From Chrysomallon squamiferum (taxonomy: Eukaryota > Animalia > Mollusca), in NCBI GenBank assembly GCA_012295275.1, contig CM022678.1, positions 9,796,001 to 9,860,000 of the forward strand: a stretch of 64,000 nucleotides of DNA. Direction: 5' to 3'. Under the pieces are notes generated by a model that was not told where the DNA came from, searched no databases, and saw only the letters and a program-made list of their open reading frames with translations. Shown piece by piece: positions 49,329 through 62,516 of this stretch. The translations under genes and the position numbers were made by a program. Every line of letters starts with the position of its first letter. Position 1 is the stretch's first letter.

Positions 49329-49885
49329 CAACAGTCAGCCATTTTGAAATGTAGACTGGAGTGGGTGAATGTTGCAATCAGCAAATAGTAATCAAATAAA
49401 ATAAACATTAGTTACACCTTTCATCATCAAAACTCAAAATCATTTTAGTAACAAACTACAGAACAACAACATTACCAAACTCAGAATCAGCTACTCCACC
49501 AATCTAAACACAATCAAATTCAAACACAAAATAAACACAAAACCAAACTGTAGCTGTAGAATTTCTGAAACCACGAAACATTTCTTATTTCTCTGTCCAC
49601 ATTTTTCCAGTGACCACCTAATGCTACATGACACATTCAGTGAATTAAAAACTGAATTTACACTTAAAAACATCTTGATACCAACAGTTTAAAAGCCAAA
49701 CTTTAATTCAAACAAATAAATAGACACAAATGTTTGACTAAATAAATTCAAAAACATAACATAAAATAGCACAGACACAGGTTAAAAAAAAAAATAACAT
49801 ACACAGTAACAAACAAAACAAAAAGCAAATACATCAACACAAAATAATTACATAAATTAATTAATTAAGAGATTAACTGACTCAC

Positions 49886-50431
49886 CAGCTGATAGATTTC
49901 TAAGGACTTCGGAACATATTTTAAAATACCACATTTTTTTGACACAAGGAAGTAAACTGGTTCAGGCTGGAGTGGGCTGTTTGGAATGTGAACTTTTTGT
50001 ACTGACAAGTCAAACTGAAGAAGACAATTAGCTTTTCTCTAAACAACAAAAATGAAAACAAAAACATACTGCAATATAAAATAAATTAATCTAAGAACTA
50101 ATACAATATCCTTAAAATTATATCACTTAATATATAAAAATTACACATTATTCAAATGAATTCTTACCCTGTGCAATAGCAGTCTGTTGATACTCCAAAG
50201 TGAAGATTTAGTCTCACATGCAGAAAGATTTACAAATCACTGCCTTTGAATCCTGGGACTCATCTAAGCAAAATTAGTCAAAATCTTGAGGAAAATGCTG
50301 CAGAAACTGAACTATCCTTTCTCTGACTTCATATGTAAGGCATGTGAATTACTTTTCTTCTGCCAGATTTCTTTTCTCTCTCAGAGTTACCCCATTCAGT
50401 CTGCAGTGCTGTGAGTTTGTTCTGACTAATG
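49886..50431 (-). pseudogene. Two unidentified decayed exon-like segments (~50168-50431 and ~49886-50038)
   Basis: ttttacag| and tttag| acceptors, G|gtaag and G|gtgagt donors, coding-like composition. The first segment has stops in every frame I read. No family recognised. Confidence 0.4.
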
Positions 50432-51104
50432 CTGTAAAAAAGCAATAAAAGATATAAGCAGACAACAGTAACCCCCAACACACAAATGTCCTCTATAAAA
50501 ATGAAGGAGAAATTACAAATTAACTGCTGCGTAAATAGGAGAAATACTAATGAAAAAAAACCCATACAACTTCTCTCTGCTTCACTGGAGTGCTTTGAAG
50601 AACTCCCAGAAGTATCATATCTTTTTCAGCAGCAAAACAAACAAAAATTTGAATTCTTATAATACTTATACAGTGGTTAATTATTTGAAATAACTGTCCT
50701 AATTCAGATGATAACATTTTTTCTTTTTTTACAAAAAATCATTTTAATGAGTCTTGTTTATCCAGATAAAATATATTACAATTGATTTAACACTTAAAAT
50801 ATTCTGAATTCCAAATATAATTCTATAAGTCTCTAACATGAATAAATAATATTAATCTAGAAGAACCTACTTTTTCTATAAGTTATAAAACAAGAGCCAC
50901 TGTTAATAATTTTATAGCAAATATTTATTTCACATAAAAGTTTTGTTCGTAGTTCGATAAACTGAAAGTATCGGCGTACCTTAATTTGTCAACATCTAAA
51001 ATGAAATACGAAAATTCTTTATTAATTAAAATAGCCACAAAAATTTAGTCCGAGTAATACAAATCAGCTGGTAAGACATTTTCAAACAAACCTTGACAAA
51101 AATG

Positions 51105-51148
<44 letters not shown>

Positions 51149-51386
51149 TATAGTATTATAGGCTTTTATTTTTCAAAAGAAATAAAAATTAAAGGAAAGC
51201 AACGTGAAATGATAGCGAGTAATACTCAGTAAAGTTTAGCGTGTGACAAAAATAAGAAAATCAATGACTTTCCTCTATAAAATATGCAGCCGTTCAACTT
51301 TTCTTTTTAGTATTTTTTCTTTATTTCTTTATTTTATTTTTATTTTTATTTTTATTTATTTTTTATTCCGGGTAAGTAATCCTACC

Positions 51387-51629
51387 GGAATTGAAAACGA
51401 AAAACAATAGCAAATACAAAATTATAGAGTTATCTTCCATGATAACTTGTTCCGTTAACCAACCGATAATTCTTTACGTAACGCTCTAAAAGTTCGCTAA
51501 ATTTGTTCGTTGGCTTCACTTTAGCCAATGAAAAGAGGAATTGAAAAGGTGAAACAATAGCAAACAATTAGTTACAGTGTTCTGCTATGACAATGTGTTC
51601 CGTTAACCAACCGATAATTCTTTAACGTA
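51387..51629 (+). repeat. Diverged ~150-bp direct repeat, 2 copies
   Basis: ggaattgaaaa..aaacaatagcaaa..ttgttccgttaaccaaccgataattcttta occurs twice. Confidence 0.85.
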
Positions 51630-51769
51630 GTGTTTATCAATAGATGTTTGCAAATAAGACAAGCCGATACGTCCAACTTATGGAACTATGGGCAATCGTT
51701 TTATGTGAAATAAATATCTGAGACACAATTATTATAAAAGTATTATCTTGTGTTATAACTTATAGAAAA

Positions 51770-51889
51770 AACAGGTCACCCAAATAATATTTTTTGGGGC
51801 GACTAACCATAATATTTCTAACATCCCAGTCGCCTGAACGGAACTTTGGTTGCATTTGGTGACCTGGCGACTGGCCATTTCGAGCCCTG
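51770..51889 (+). mobile_element. Possible right end of a hAT-like MITE
   Basis: Repeated ggcgact/gtcgcc motifs ending ...ggcgactggccatttcgagccctg (CAGGGCTCGAAA-type TIR). Left end not found. Confidence 0.35.
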
Positions 51890-52109
51890 CATAATTATCT
51901 CTCATATTAAGAAATCTGTCTGTAATATAAATTGTTATTTTAATACTGTTAAAATATTTCAGTCAGATGATGTGAGTAATTGCTTATCAGAAAAATGTCC
52001 ACAGCTATTGGATTCAAAAGATATAGTGACTACTGAACTACCACATGTAACATCTACTGTAACATTGTCAGATACCCAGTCTGATGATCTTCCAGACGAC
52101 ACAGAACGA

Positions 52110-52170
52110 AGACCACACTGTCATAGACCACACTGTCGTAGACCACACTGTCGTAGACCACACTGTCATA
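52110..52170 (+). repeat. 15-bp tandem repeat, 4 copies
   Basis: agaccacactgtcrt. Confidence 0.9.
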
Positions 52171-53113
52171 GCCGTAACACAGCATTAAATCCTCGTAAAC
52201 ATCTCCCCGATAATGAGAACCAGTTTTGTAAACTGTAAGTGAGAATGTTGATCATTTCTCCCCTTCCATTTACTTGTGGTCCTTTTATTGAGACAGAGCA
52301 GGATGTGAATATATATATATATATATATATTTGTCTGTGTTTGTGTGTTATTATCTTTGGAAACAATAAACGTTGTGAGCTGATATTATTCTATTCTTAA
52401 AAATAATATTTAAGCGCATTTTAGTTATTTTCTCACAATAGTCTTAGAATGACAGAAGACACTCAGAACAGTTCTAATGAAACTAGGAGAATAGCGTCAA
52501 ACATGTAGGAAGCTTCCGTTTTTCAGACAAAAATTAATTAAAAAAAAATATATTAGTGTTATTCTAGTTGTTAGCTGTTGACAAAGGGTGTACTTTATGG
52601 TGTCTGCTTCATTGTTATATAGATGATTACTGGTGGAGCAGTTATATTAATATCTAATGTAATAAGAGAACTTCAGGTATAATAAGAAATGTAAAGTGTA
52701 TTACACTATACAACTTGCGCTGATGTACACCTTTTAATGAATGTAAGGTTATATAGATTATTACAGATTATATCCTGATATAAATATACGATATTAATAA
52801 AATATGAGATAAACATTTCTCAACATACTTAACCTACAAACTGTAAATATCACTGATCATAATTAATTCTCATCTTTTTCTTTTTATAAGTAATTAAGCG
52901 GTTTATTTTCATAACGCCATGTAGAATTATCATTTATAACTGTCAGTAATGTCTAACAGATTAATTGTGATTATCAGTATTTTCTGTAGTGTACATAATA
53001 TTTAAGTTCCGCGTACAGTAAAATTACACCTTTCTATTATGCGATTTAGAATTAGCAAAGTAAAACGTTACGTTTAATAAAACGGACACTTCATAGCGGT
53101 ATCTGAAGTTAGT

Positions 53114-53243
53114 TGTTCTGCTGTGTTTGTGTTTCAGTGAAACACGTTCTGCTGTGTTTGTGTTTCAGTGAAACACGTTCTGTTGTGTTTCTGTTTCAGT
53201 GAAACATGTTCTGCTGTGTTTGTGTTTCAGTGAAACATGTTCT
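53114..53243 (+). repeat. 31-bp tandem repeat, 4 copies
   Basis: gttctgctgtgtttgtgtttcagtgaaacay. Confidence 0.92.
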
Positions 53244-53324
53244 GGCAAGTTATAACCTAATTCCTCATTTCTTTTCTTTCAACACAGAAACATGCTAATC
53301 TTTAGTACGATCTATGAGTAACTC

Positions 53325-53524
53325 NNNNNNNNNNNNNNNNNNNNNNNNNNNNNNNNNNNNNNNNNNNNNNNNNNNNNNNNNNNNNNNNNNNNNNNNNNNN
53401 NNNNNNNNNNNNNNNNNNNNNNNNNNNNNNNNNNNNNNNNNNNNNNNNNNNNNNNNNNNNNNNNNNNNNNNNNNNNNNNNNNNNNNNNNNNNNNNNNNNN
53501 NNNNNNNNNNNNNNNNNNNNNNNN
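53325..53524. other. Assembly gap of exactly 200 N (scaffolding join of unknown true size)
   Basis: Run of N with a round length. Confidence 0.98.
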
Positions 53525-53996
53525 ATCAACAACAGAAAACCCATTAATATGAAACCGAAGACGCGAAGTCATCCAGCACTGAAATTTGTGATCAGGCTCA
53601 CGGACATTGCTTGACTTGTCAAGACAACTCTGTGTAATTCTGAGAACGTAACATCAGCTGTGGAGAAGGGACTGACACGGCGACAGTGACAACGTGGTCA
53701 CTCGTGCAGACAGACTCTGCTCTGTCTGTGTACAACTCAGCTGTGTACATCTTCACCCACTTTTGTCCAAGTTGAACACAGACTTTGTTCAGTGAAATCA
53801 ACGTCACAGCAGTGAATTTGATTCTTGAATCTGTTGTTAAATTTAATTTAAAACTACAAAATAAACTACAGCATAAAAGTAGTTGAGTAACACCTGACAC
53901 ACACACACACACAGACACACATAGCACAAGTATAATCAAGTCCAGAGCAACTTAACATAAATTTTAAAAAAAGTAAATCATAAATTAAATAAAAAA

Positions 53997-54057
<61 letters not shown>

Positions 54058-55258
54058 CAACTAAATAAGTACATAAATAAATAAAAAGTCCTCAGTGAGT
54101 TGACACATAGTTGTTTACTTTGGTGTGCTGCACGTGTCAGTTGCTTTAAGCAAGGTTTATAAAGCGATTATCTCAATTGTGTACAAGTTTCTCCAACATC
54201 AAACAAGAAGTAAATCCGTAAAGACCAGTCATTTTTCCATAAAATAAACTACACAAATACTGTACTGAAAGAAAAAACAAATAAAATAAAACAAAATAAA
54301 ATAAAGCAACACAACCACCTCTGTTAAAATAAACGTACTAATTATAAATCGATATATTGTTTTTGTTTTAGTTACAGGAAATTTCTTTTCATCTCATTAT
54401 TAGCCAATCATAGACTGTAAACTTCAAATAAGAGACGTTGGTATTTTGTCCCCTACTTCTTCTTTCTTCTTATTTATTTATTTATTTATTTATATATTTA
54501 ACTCAAGGTTCCACTGTATAAATCAACACCATATTACATAACATGGTTTGCGTACTGAAAACTGTTCATGCAGCTGTAACTATCTTTATTTAAAAAGTAT
54601 TTCAGTTAAAATACATTTATCATGTTTTAGATTTGTTTTGTTTTGATATAATACCGCGTAATAAACACGTAAAACATGAAATTCACCTAACGCGAAAAAA
54701 TATGTTTAAGTCGTCGACACATTAATATAACGAGCTTTTTATATTTTATTCTATTTTATTATTTCTTTAATTGTTACAAGTCTATAACTAGTACTAGCAG
54801 TCCACTGTTTTGACACTGGAAAACCTGCTTAGCGGTCACAACCATTTATTACTATCAACAACAAAACATTTTGTTTCTTGGAAAGGGTCGTGTTACATAG
54901 CACGGTTTTTGTAAGTGAAAACTTTTGACTCGTAGCTAAATAAATAATACACTGATCAATATGTGTATTACGCTAGTTGGAAAACAAAACAAGTAACAAA
55001 TGTGTTGCAAACAGAAAAAATAAACAGAAATGTGCAAAAACAAACAGAAATTTGCATAAAAATAAAATAAAACACGGATTTCAAATGTATCTACGGTATC
55101 AAAAGAACAAAGGATGCAGCTTTTTACTTTCTGTTTTATTATTTTACAAGGTAAAATACTTACATTTTCTTCGATTAAAAAAAAAAGGAGAAGAAGAATT
55201 ATGAAGCAATTTTTATTATTTATCTTTCAGGTCCTTCCATTTTCTCTTTCTCTGCCCG

Positions 55259-55298
<40 letters not shown>

Positions 55299-55495
55299 TG
55301 ATAAATTGTAATAAATAAAAAGAAACAAAAAGAATCTTTGACATGAAAAAGTGATATTAATTTATATTTTCATAATCTGATCGTTAGCAGTGTACAACTA
55401 GGAATAAAGTAATTAACTGTTACCTGTTTCGATGTGTCACGTTGTGGGTGCAAATAAACGTACTCGTACAACGGTGTGTGTGTTTGTGTGTGTGT

Positions 55496-55536
<41 letters not shown>

Positions 55537-55637
55537 TGGCTGTGCCTGTGTGTGTGTGTCTGAAGACAGAAGTAACGAGGTAGTAATTTCTTTTGCACTC
55601 ACATTTATCACAGGTAACCAGTCTCTCAAAAACACAG

Positions 55638-55846
<209 letters not shown>

Positions 55847-55880
55847 GCTCGCTCTCTCTCTGTGAGTGCGCGCGTATATA

Positions 55881-56490
55881 CAGGCAGGCAGACAGGTGTC
55901 ACAGAATAAGAAAAAGCTAGGTAAGTAGAAAGATGACAGAAATCATATAAACAATCATATGGAACAAGTGACAGATCAGTATGATAATTACAGACTGCAG
56001 TGATAAATACGTATTAAAATTATAATTACAGACTACATTGATAAATACGTACTATAATGATACTTACAGACTACATTGATAAATACGTACTATAATGATA
56101 ATTACAGTCTACATTGATAAATACGTACTATAATGATAATTACAGTCTACATTGATAAATACGTACTATAATGATAATTACAGACTTCTTTGATAAATAC
56201 GTACTATAATGATACTTACAGACTACATTGAAAAGTACAGACTACGTTGATAAGTAGACACTATAATGATAAGTACAGACTACATTGATAATTACAGACT
56301 ACGTTGATAGAGGCAGGCAGACAGGTGTCACAGAATAAGAAAAACCTAGGTATGTAGAAATATGACAGAAATACATATAAACAATCATATGGAACAACTG
56401 ACAGATCAGTATTATAATTACAGACAACATAAATTCGTACCTATAATGATTATTACAGACTACATTGATAAGTACAGCCTACGTTGATAA
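55881..56490 (+). repeat. Composite repeat: a ~120-bp segment duplicated (55881 and 56311), each followed by ~39-bp units
   Basis: aggcaggcagacaggtgtcacagaataagaaaa occurs twice; ataatgataattacagactacattgataaatacgtact units. Confidence 0.88.
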
Positions 56491-56551
56491 GACAAGAATT
56501 TTATTTATTTTTATATAAATATTTTATTGAAGTTTTGATTGTACAAGTTTT

Positions 56552-56657
<106 letters not shown>

Positions 56658-56906
56658 AAAACTGGGTGAAAATTTCCAGAGTAAATCAGAGTCTGTTTTC
56701 AAGTGAAATCTATTTTGTAATTTAGCAAGTTTAAACGATAAAGTGATTCGTAATAAATAAATAACATATTTAAAGAAAGAAAGTAAACAAATTAACTAAA
56801 TTATTTACTAAATAAATAACTGATTTTCTGTTTTTTTTAAGAAATGTCTGTGGACCTTCAAATTCAAAACAGTTCAGTGAAACTAACTTAGCAGACAGTT
56901 TGAAGT

Positions 56907-57909
56907 TTACTTTTTGCACCAAGTAAATATTTTTATTTCATTTAACTGTCCAACGTAGACTTTGTTGTCATCACAACAGACAGTTTTATTTTCAACTGGC
57001 AGAACAACGACAACAACATGAACCTGCTGATCACGTGATTCAGCAAGACCGGAAGGACTACAGGAAGTCACGTGTTTGTTTATCAGTGATTTTCTTTCTA
57101 AACAAAAATATTTTACACATCTATTCGAATAATCACTAACAACAATTTTACTCTTGTCCTCACCTGACACCAGGATGGAAGATACAATAGGATCAAATGT
57201 ATCTTCTTGTGTTGTTGTGTTAATGGTGTCTGTGTGTTTGAGTGTGTCTGTCTGTTTCTCTATCTGTGTGACTGTGTGTTGTGTTTTTGTTTTAGTGGTG
57301 TCTGTGTGTTTAAGTGTGTATATCGCTCTGTTTATCTGTGTGTCTGTTTGGATGGTTGTGGTTATTTCTCCAATGTGTACAGAAATTTCTTTATTTTTAT
57401 CAGATTTTCTCAGATTTATTTTGAATTCTGCTTTTTCTGTTAGTGAAAGAGATTTTGACAGAAACTCGGAAGTTGTGTTTTGAAGTTTGGTGAATTTTGG
57501 AATATTTACTTTTATGTCTGACTCTGATTTTACTTTTAGCAAATATTCACTAAGTTTTATAAACTTTTCATTTTCACCAATCAGATGTTTATGTTCACTA
57601 AACAATTTTTCTATTTCTGAGTTTACAAAGTTCTGAGATTTTTCTATTTCTCTTATTAGCCTGTCTTGTTCTTTGTGGACTGCGGCTGTGAAATCTGTGA
57701 TTAGTGTGTTACCAATCCTTCTGACCTCTTCTGTGGTGTCCACGACGTTGATGTCGACGGCTTGGCGAAGTTGCTCAATCTTATCATCCATTTCTGTCTG
57801 AAGAATTTCTTTGTAGGATTTGAGAATCTCGGAAACAGAACTCAGAACTGAAATGTGACCTCCCTTTTTAGCTGAAATAAATAAATATCTGATTACTTAA
57901 ATAATAGTA

Positions 57910-57959
<50 letters not shown>

Positions 57960-58466
57960 TGAATTAGTGATTAGTAATAATACTATTAATAAAGACATGC
58001 ATACAATGTGAAGAGTTACAGAATTTATTTTATTTACGAAATGTAAAATCTGAGTAGGAAAAGGTTATAAATAAAATGTCCTCTATTTCTTTATGCTGCA
58101 ATAGTTAATAAACAGTAAACAGTTTTAGTTAAATGATTAGTGTATTTATTTATTTTTTTTTTTTTAATTATGTAACTCACAAAACTTTGAATGTTCTATT
58201 TTGTTAATGGCGTCCACCAGTGACTTGTTCATAGAGAATTGAGCTGCCCATGTTTCCACTGGTTTCGTGCTGTCTGGAATGTGCACATTCTGCCTGCAGA
58301 ACGGGCAGCTTATTTCTGTGTCGTTGTTGTTGTAATTTGTGCTGATGTAATTCTGCAGGCATTTAGAACAAAACGAATGTCCACATGAAATAACTCTTGG
58401 TTTGTCAAACATTTCCAAACACAGATAACACGAAATGTTGTCATCGGAGATTGAAGCTGTTGCCAT
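56907..58466 (-). pseudogene. TRIM-like E3 ligase (C3HC4 RING, deleted B-box, coiled coil, partial NHL/beta-propeller), probably a pseudogene
   Basis: Exon 58164-58466: MATASISDDNISCYLCLEMFDKPRVISCGHSFCSKCL..SCPFCR..KFCELHN* runs into poly-A with no donor. Exon 56907-57871: KKGGH, coiled coil, then IVVSDYSNRCVKYF..PSGLA..CCDDNKVYV. Confidence 0.85.
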
Positions 58467-58481
58467 ATCTGTGAATAATAA

Positions 58482-58557
<76 letters not shown>

Positions 58558-59770
58558 AAGAAGAAGAAGAAGAACAAGAAGAATAACAATAATAATTATT
58601 ATTATTATAATAAACACCAAGGAAGACTAAGAAAATATAGAGAAAGAAAAATGTAACTAAGTAATAATAAGAATAATAATAATAATTGAAAACAACTGAC
58701 TGGAGGTACAAATTACATATTAATTCCACCTCATTTATACGACCAATGGTATATACAAATAAATATATAACATGAGAAATATTTAAACTGCGAATGCAAC
58801 GGTGTCATATTGTAAATACACTTTATAAACTGTTTATTTATTTAGTCTTATTTGTAAAATAACATACCTCGCACGATAAAGTAATCGTGGAAATGACTTT
58901 GAAAATATTTTTAAATATCTTAGATCACCACCACCACCACCATCACCTTCACCACCACCACCACCACCACCAACAACAACAATAATAATAATAATAATAA
59001 ATTTGACTGCAATGTCAATTTACTCTTGCCGTAGCGCAGCCCGGTTTTTACAGACGACACTTACTGAGCGGAAGATACAAACTCATGTAAAAAAAGGGGT
59101 AGAAGCTTTGAAGTTTTCTATAAAACTTTTGTTTCTTCTGATAAAAAATAATCGTGAAATTTTTAAATTGTTGAAGTTAAGTAAACAGGATTAAAATTAA
59201 CAACTACCTTATCATAGTTTGTGTACTGAATTAATTTATAAAATGCTGGTTAGAGTCTATCACACATGTAGTAATAATAGAGATAGCAGCTAGCTTGTAT
59301 TTGGACAGAGAAAGGTAATACATTTAGCCGCCAAAATTGTATCGTGTTTAATCTTGAAAAGTGAACTGGCGGTATCAGGTCTTTTCTTAAGATATATAAA
59401 TAAACTATAAAAATGAAAAACAACATACAAGGTGAATATATGATTTTAGTCACGTGTACACAATAGTGATAAAATAATGATAATATATATATATATATAT
59501 CTTCTCTATATTAAATAGCTTTATTTCATATTATTTAATATATATATATATATATATTAATGGTTTTAAACTAATTAATTAAGTATATTTTATTAACTGA
59601 CTAATCTAAACATACTATTTGTTTCTATGCGTGAAAGAGATGAGTTCTTGAATGTTTGACAATGTCATGTCGATTCAATTGACACAGAAATATGATTAAA
59701 AATAAAACTATAAGCATAATTGCAACTGTAAATTTAATAAGTTTGATTATTTTTATAAGTGTATTTAATC

Positions 59771-59851
<81 letters not shown>

Positions 59852-60373
59852 ATACACCTGCATATACGTGTGTGTTTGTGAGTGTGTGTGTGTGAAACAA
59901 ATATCACTGAGTAAAATTATTATTTTCTGTCATTATAATTAAATTGATTTTCCGATATTAATTATTATGTGAAATGTGGTGATAATGTGCAGCTGATTCG
60001 CTCTCTGTTTATCTACAGCTTCGTTAATAAATTTACAAAAATAAACGTAATTTATTTTAACATATGTTGCCGCTACTTTCTGTTTTTACTTTTAAACACA
60101 TTATGTTTTGTTTTCTATCTATCTATCTATCTATCGATATATATATATATTTGTCATTTCGACCTTTTCTTTCCTGGGAAAAATTTATACACACATATAT
60201 TTTTTCCCAGGAAAGAAAAGGTCGAAATGAAAAAGTCAAATCTCTGTGTTTTGTTCAGTTAACAGTGTCCAGAGAAAGAAAGAAAGAAAAAAACGATCAT
60301 AAATATGGTCACTGTAAGGAGATAAAATAATACTAAAACTACTACAACAAACAATATTTCCACTACAACTATT

Positions 60374-60524
<151 letters not shown>

Positions 60525-61203
60525 AATACAATTTACATAAAACAAAATGGAGTTCTTACCAGGTTGGATATTTTCTAACAAAGAGATGACAATGAGGCTG
60601 TGTTACCGTGGAAACCAGTTTTCAGTTCTATGAGACAAAGACACAAATACGTGGTGTAATGTACCCGCTTGAAGAGAACTTTGACCATCTCGTGATGGAG
60701 ATAAAACTCAGGTGAGGTATATAAGTTACAATCCATGGCCTTATTTAGTAAACTGATACTTACATACGTCAAATAAGAAAGATTAGTAATCAACAATAAA
60801 CGTTTCTTTTCTCTTTAACATGAAATACAAGATCCAGGTCCGGGTTTGTTTAAATAACGGGTGTGGTGTGGTATTTGTATACTTACTTATTACAACCACT
60901 GTTACCTGTAATATTACAGCTACTACAACATTTTCATAATATTCTCAAATAGAACGAACAACAACAGCAACAACTATTATTACTACTGTTAGTACTAATA
61001 CTACTTTTACTACAACTGCTAATAGTACTGTTACTGCCACTACTAATATCAATTCCACTAAACTAGTATTAGTACTACAACTACTTAAACTATAGTTACT
61101 ATATTTGATAACACTACTTCTAAGTCTAGCACTCCTACTACTACCATTCTGTTACTAGTGCTTCTAATACTAGTTGTTAATTCTACTCTTGTTCCTTCCG
61201 CTT

Positions 61204-61238
<35 letters not shown>

Positions 61239-61589
61239 TAACTATTTCTATAACAACTGCTATTATTGTCTTGTAAATTCAAATTTCTTTATAAATAAGA
61301 ATTTTTCTTTATTTAATATTAAGAATATCATTTGTTTAATCTATTTATATTTAGTCATATATGTTCAATTCCTGTATAATTAGTTTATTACTAAAACACG
61401 TGCTAGCGATAACATGACCTACTCATCTGTTTTGTCAAGAGCAAAGTTTACTTGGTTATCTTAAATTTATTAGCTAGAGATACACGCAGTATAAGTCATC
61501 TTTGTACCCACACACACACACACACTCACACACTGAAATATTTTTTTCTTTAATGTTAATCTTATAATGATAATCTGAGATGTTTTTAA

Positions 61590-61707
<118 letters not shown>

Positions 61708-61871
61708 ACACTTAGAATAAATAAAGTAATAAAGAAATAAAGAACGCATGATTTTATGAGAAAGCTGTGGAAGATTTTTCTTCGCAGATGTTTTTGTTTA
61801 TTTATTTATTTACTGTTTTTTAATATTATGATTCTTATTGTTTTTAATTTACTTTTTATTATTATATTGTC

Positions 61872-61904
<33 letters not shown>

Positions 61905-62516
61905 TCTTTATTTATAACATTTCTTCTTTTTCTTTCTTCGTGATTTTTAAAAATTATTATCGAAATTATTTATTTATAATTATTATGGTTATTTTTCTTA
62001 ATTTCATTTTTAGCTCAAAAATGAATACATTATAACTGTCCTAATTTGCAAAATCTGGGTTAATTGTAAATACATACCTGAGATGATCTTACAGGAAATT
62101 ACTTCTTTGACAGACCGTATCTTGTCTGCGGCAATGGACAGGAAACCACATGTTGGTCTCAAACCACAATTAATTTCTACAAATTATATAATTATTTTTG
62201 TGAGAAACAAACAGAGTAATAACTTGATTAATACTGAATAAAATTAGGTTCGTGTGTGAACTATTTTTACTTTATTAATAAAGTTCAATTTTCTTGTTTT
62301 AAATATTATAAATAAATAAATAACTAAACAAACTAATAGGGCTGTTTGAATAGCTATTATATTGAACAGAAAAGTTGTTTATTATTACTTACTTTCTATT
62401 ACAGGTATATTTCCTAAATACTTGCTTTCTTTATTTTATTTTATTTTTTATTTTTTCATTTTTGTAATACTGATTAACTGTTATTTCTGGATAATTTGTC
62501 TCAGTTCAGAAATATA

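Larger units (their letters stand above)
42679..49342 (-). pseudogene. MCC: Unprocessed pseudogene of colorectal mutant cancer protein (MCC family), C-terminal half
   Basis: Exons: 48233-48342 (FPVAKIAE..QILGAEITSLG); 47293-47686 (AEHLVQSLQGCSNMQEI..RIDHLKSQND..LVGKYESNNTALQLA); 46331-46565 (SSTAS*MDIDFTKLDEQRL..QRLDLENAVLMLELMAMK); 46163-~46303 (LEF*LSGKESQEQAYRVQIEHLK); 44228-44333 (QQSAEFVRDLKRAN); 42679-42858 (AFDKAKKKHQSKLKK/ETQL..RPPTNDNSL*). These match the MCC motifs I recall, in order, to the C-terminal xxSL. Nonsense codons, frameshifts and internal deletions are present. Candidate first exon 49304-49342. Confidence 0.93.

Noticed and set aside
51846-52238. 130-aa ORF with RPHCR repeats
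   Set aside because: It starts at a non-ATG codon inside a MITE-like end, the repeats come from a 15-bp minisatellite, and I recognise no homology.
60560-60905. Possible MATH/TRAF-like exon (LYTSPEFY...)
   Set aside because: The similarity is too weak and there are many stops, so it cannot be supported.
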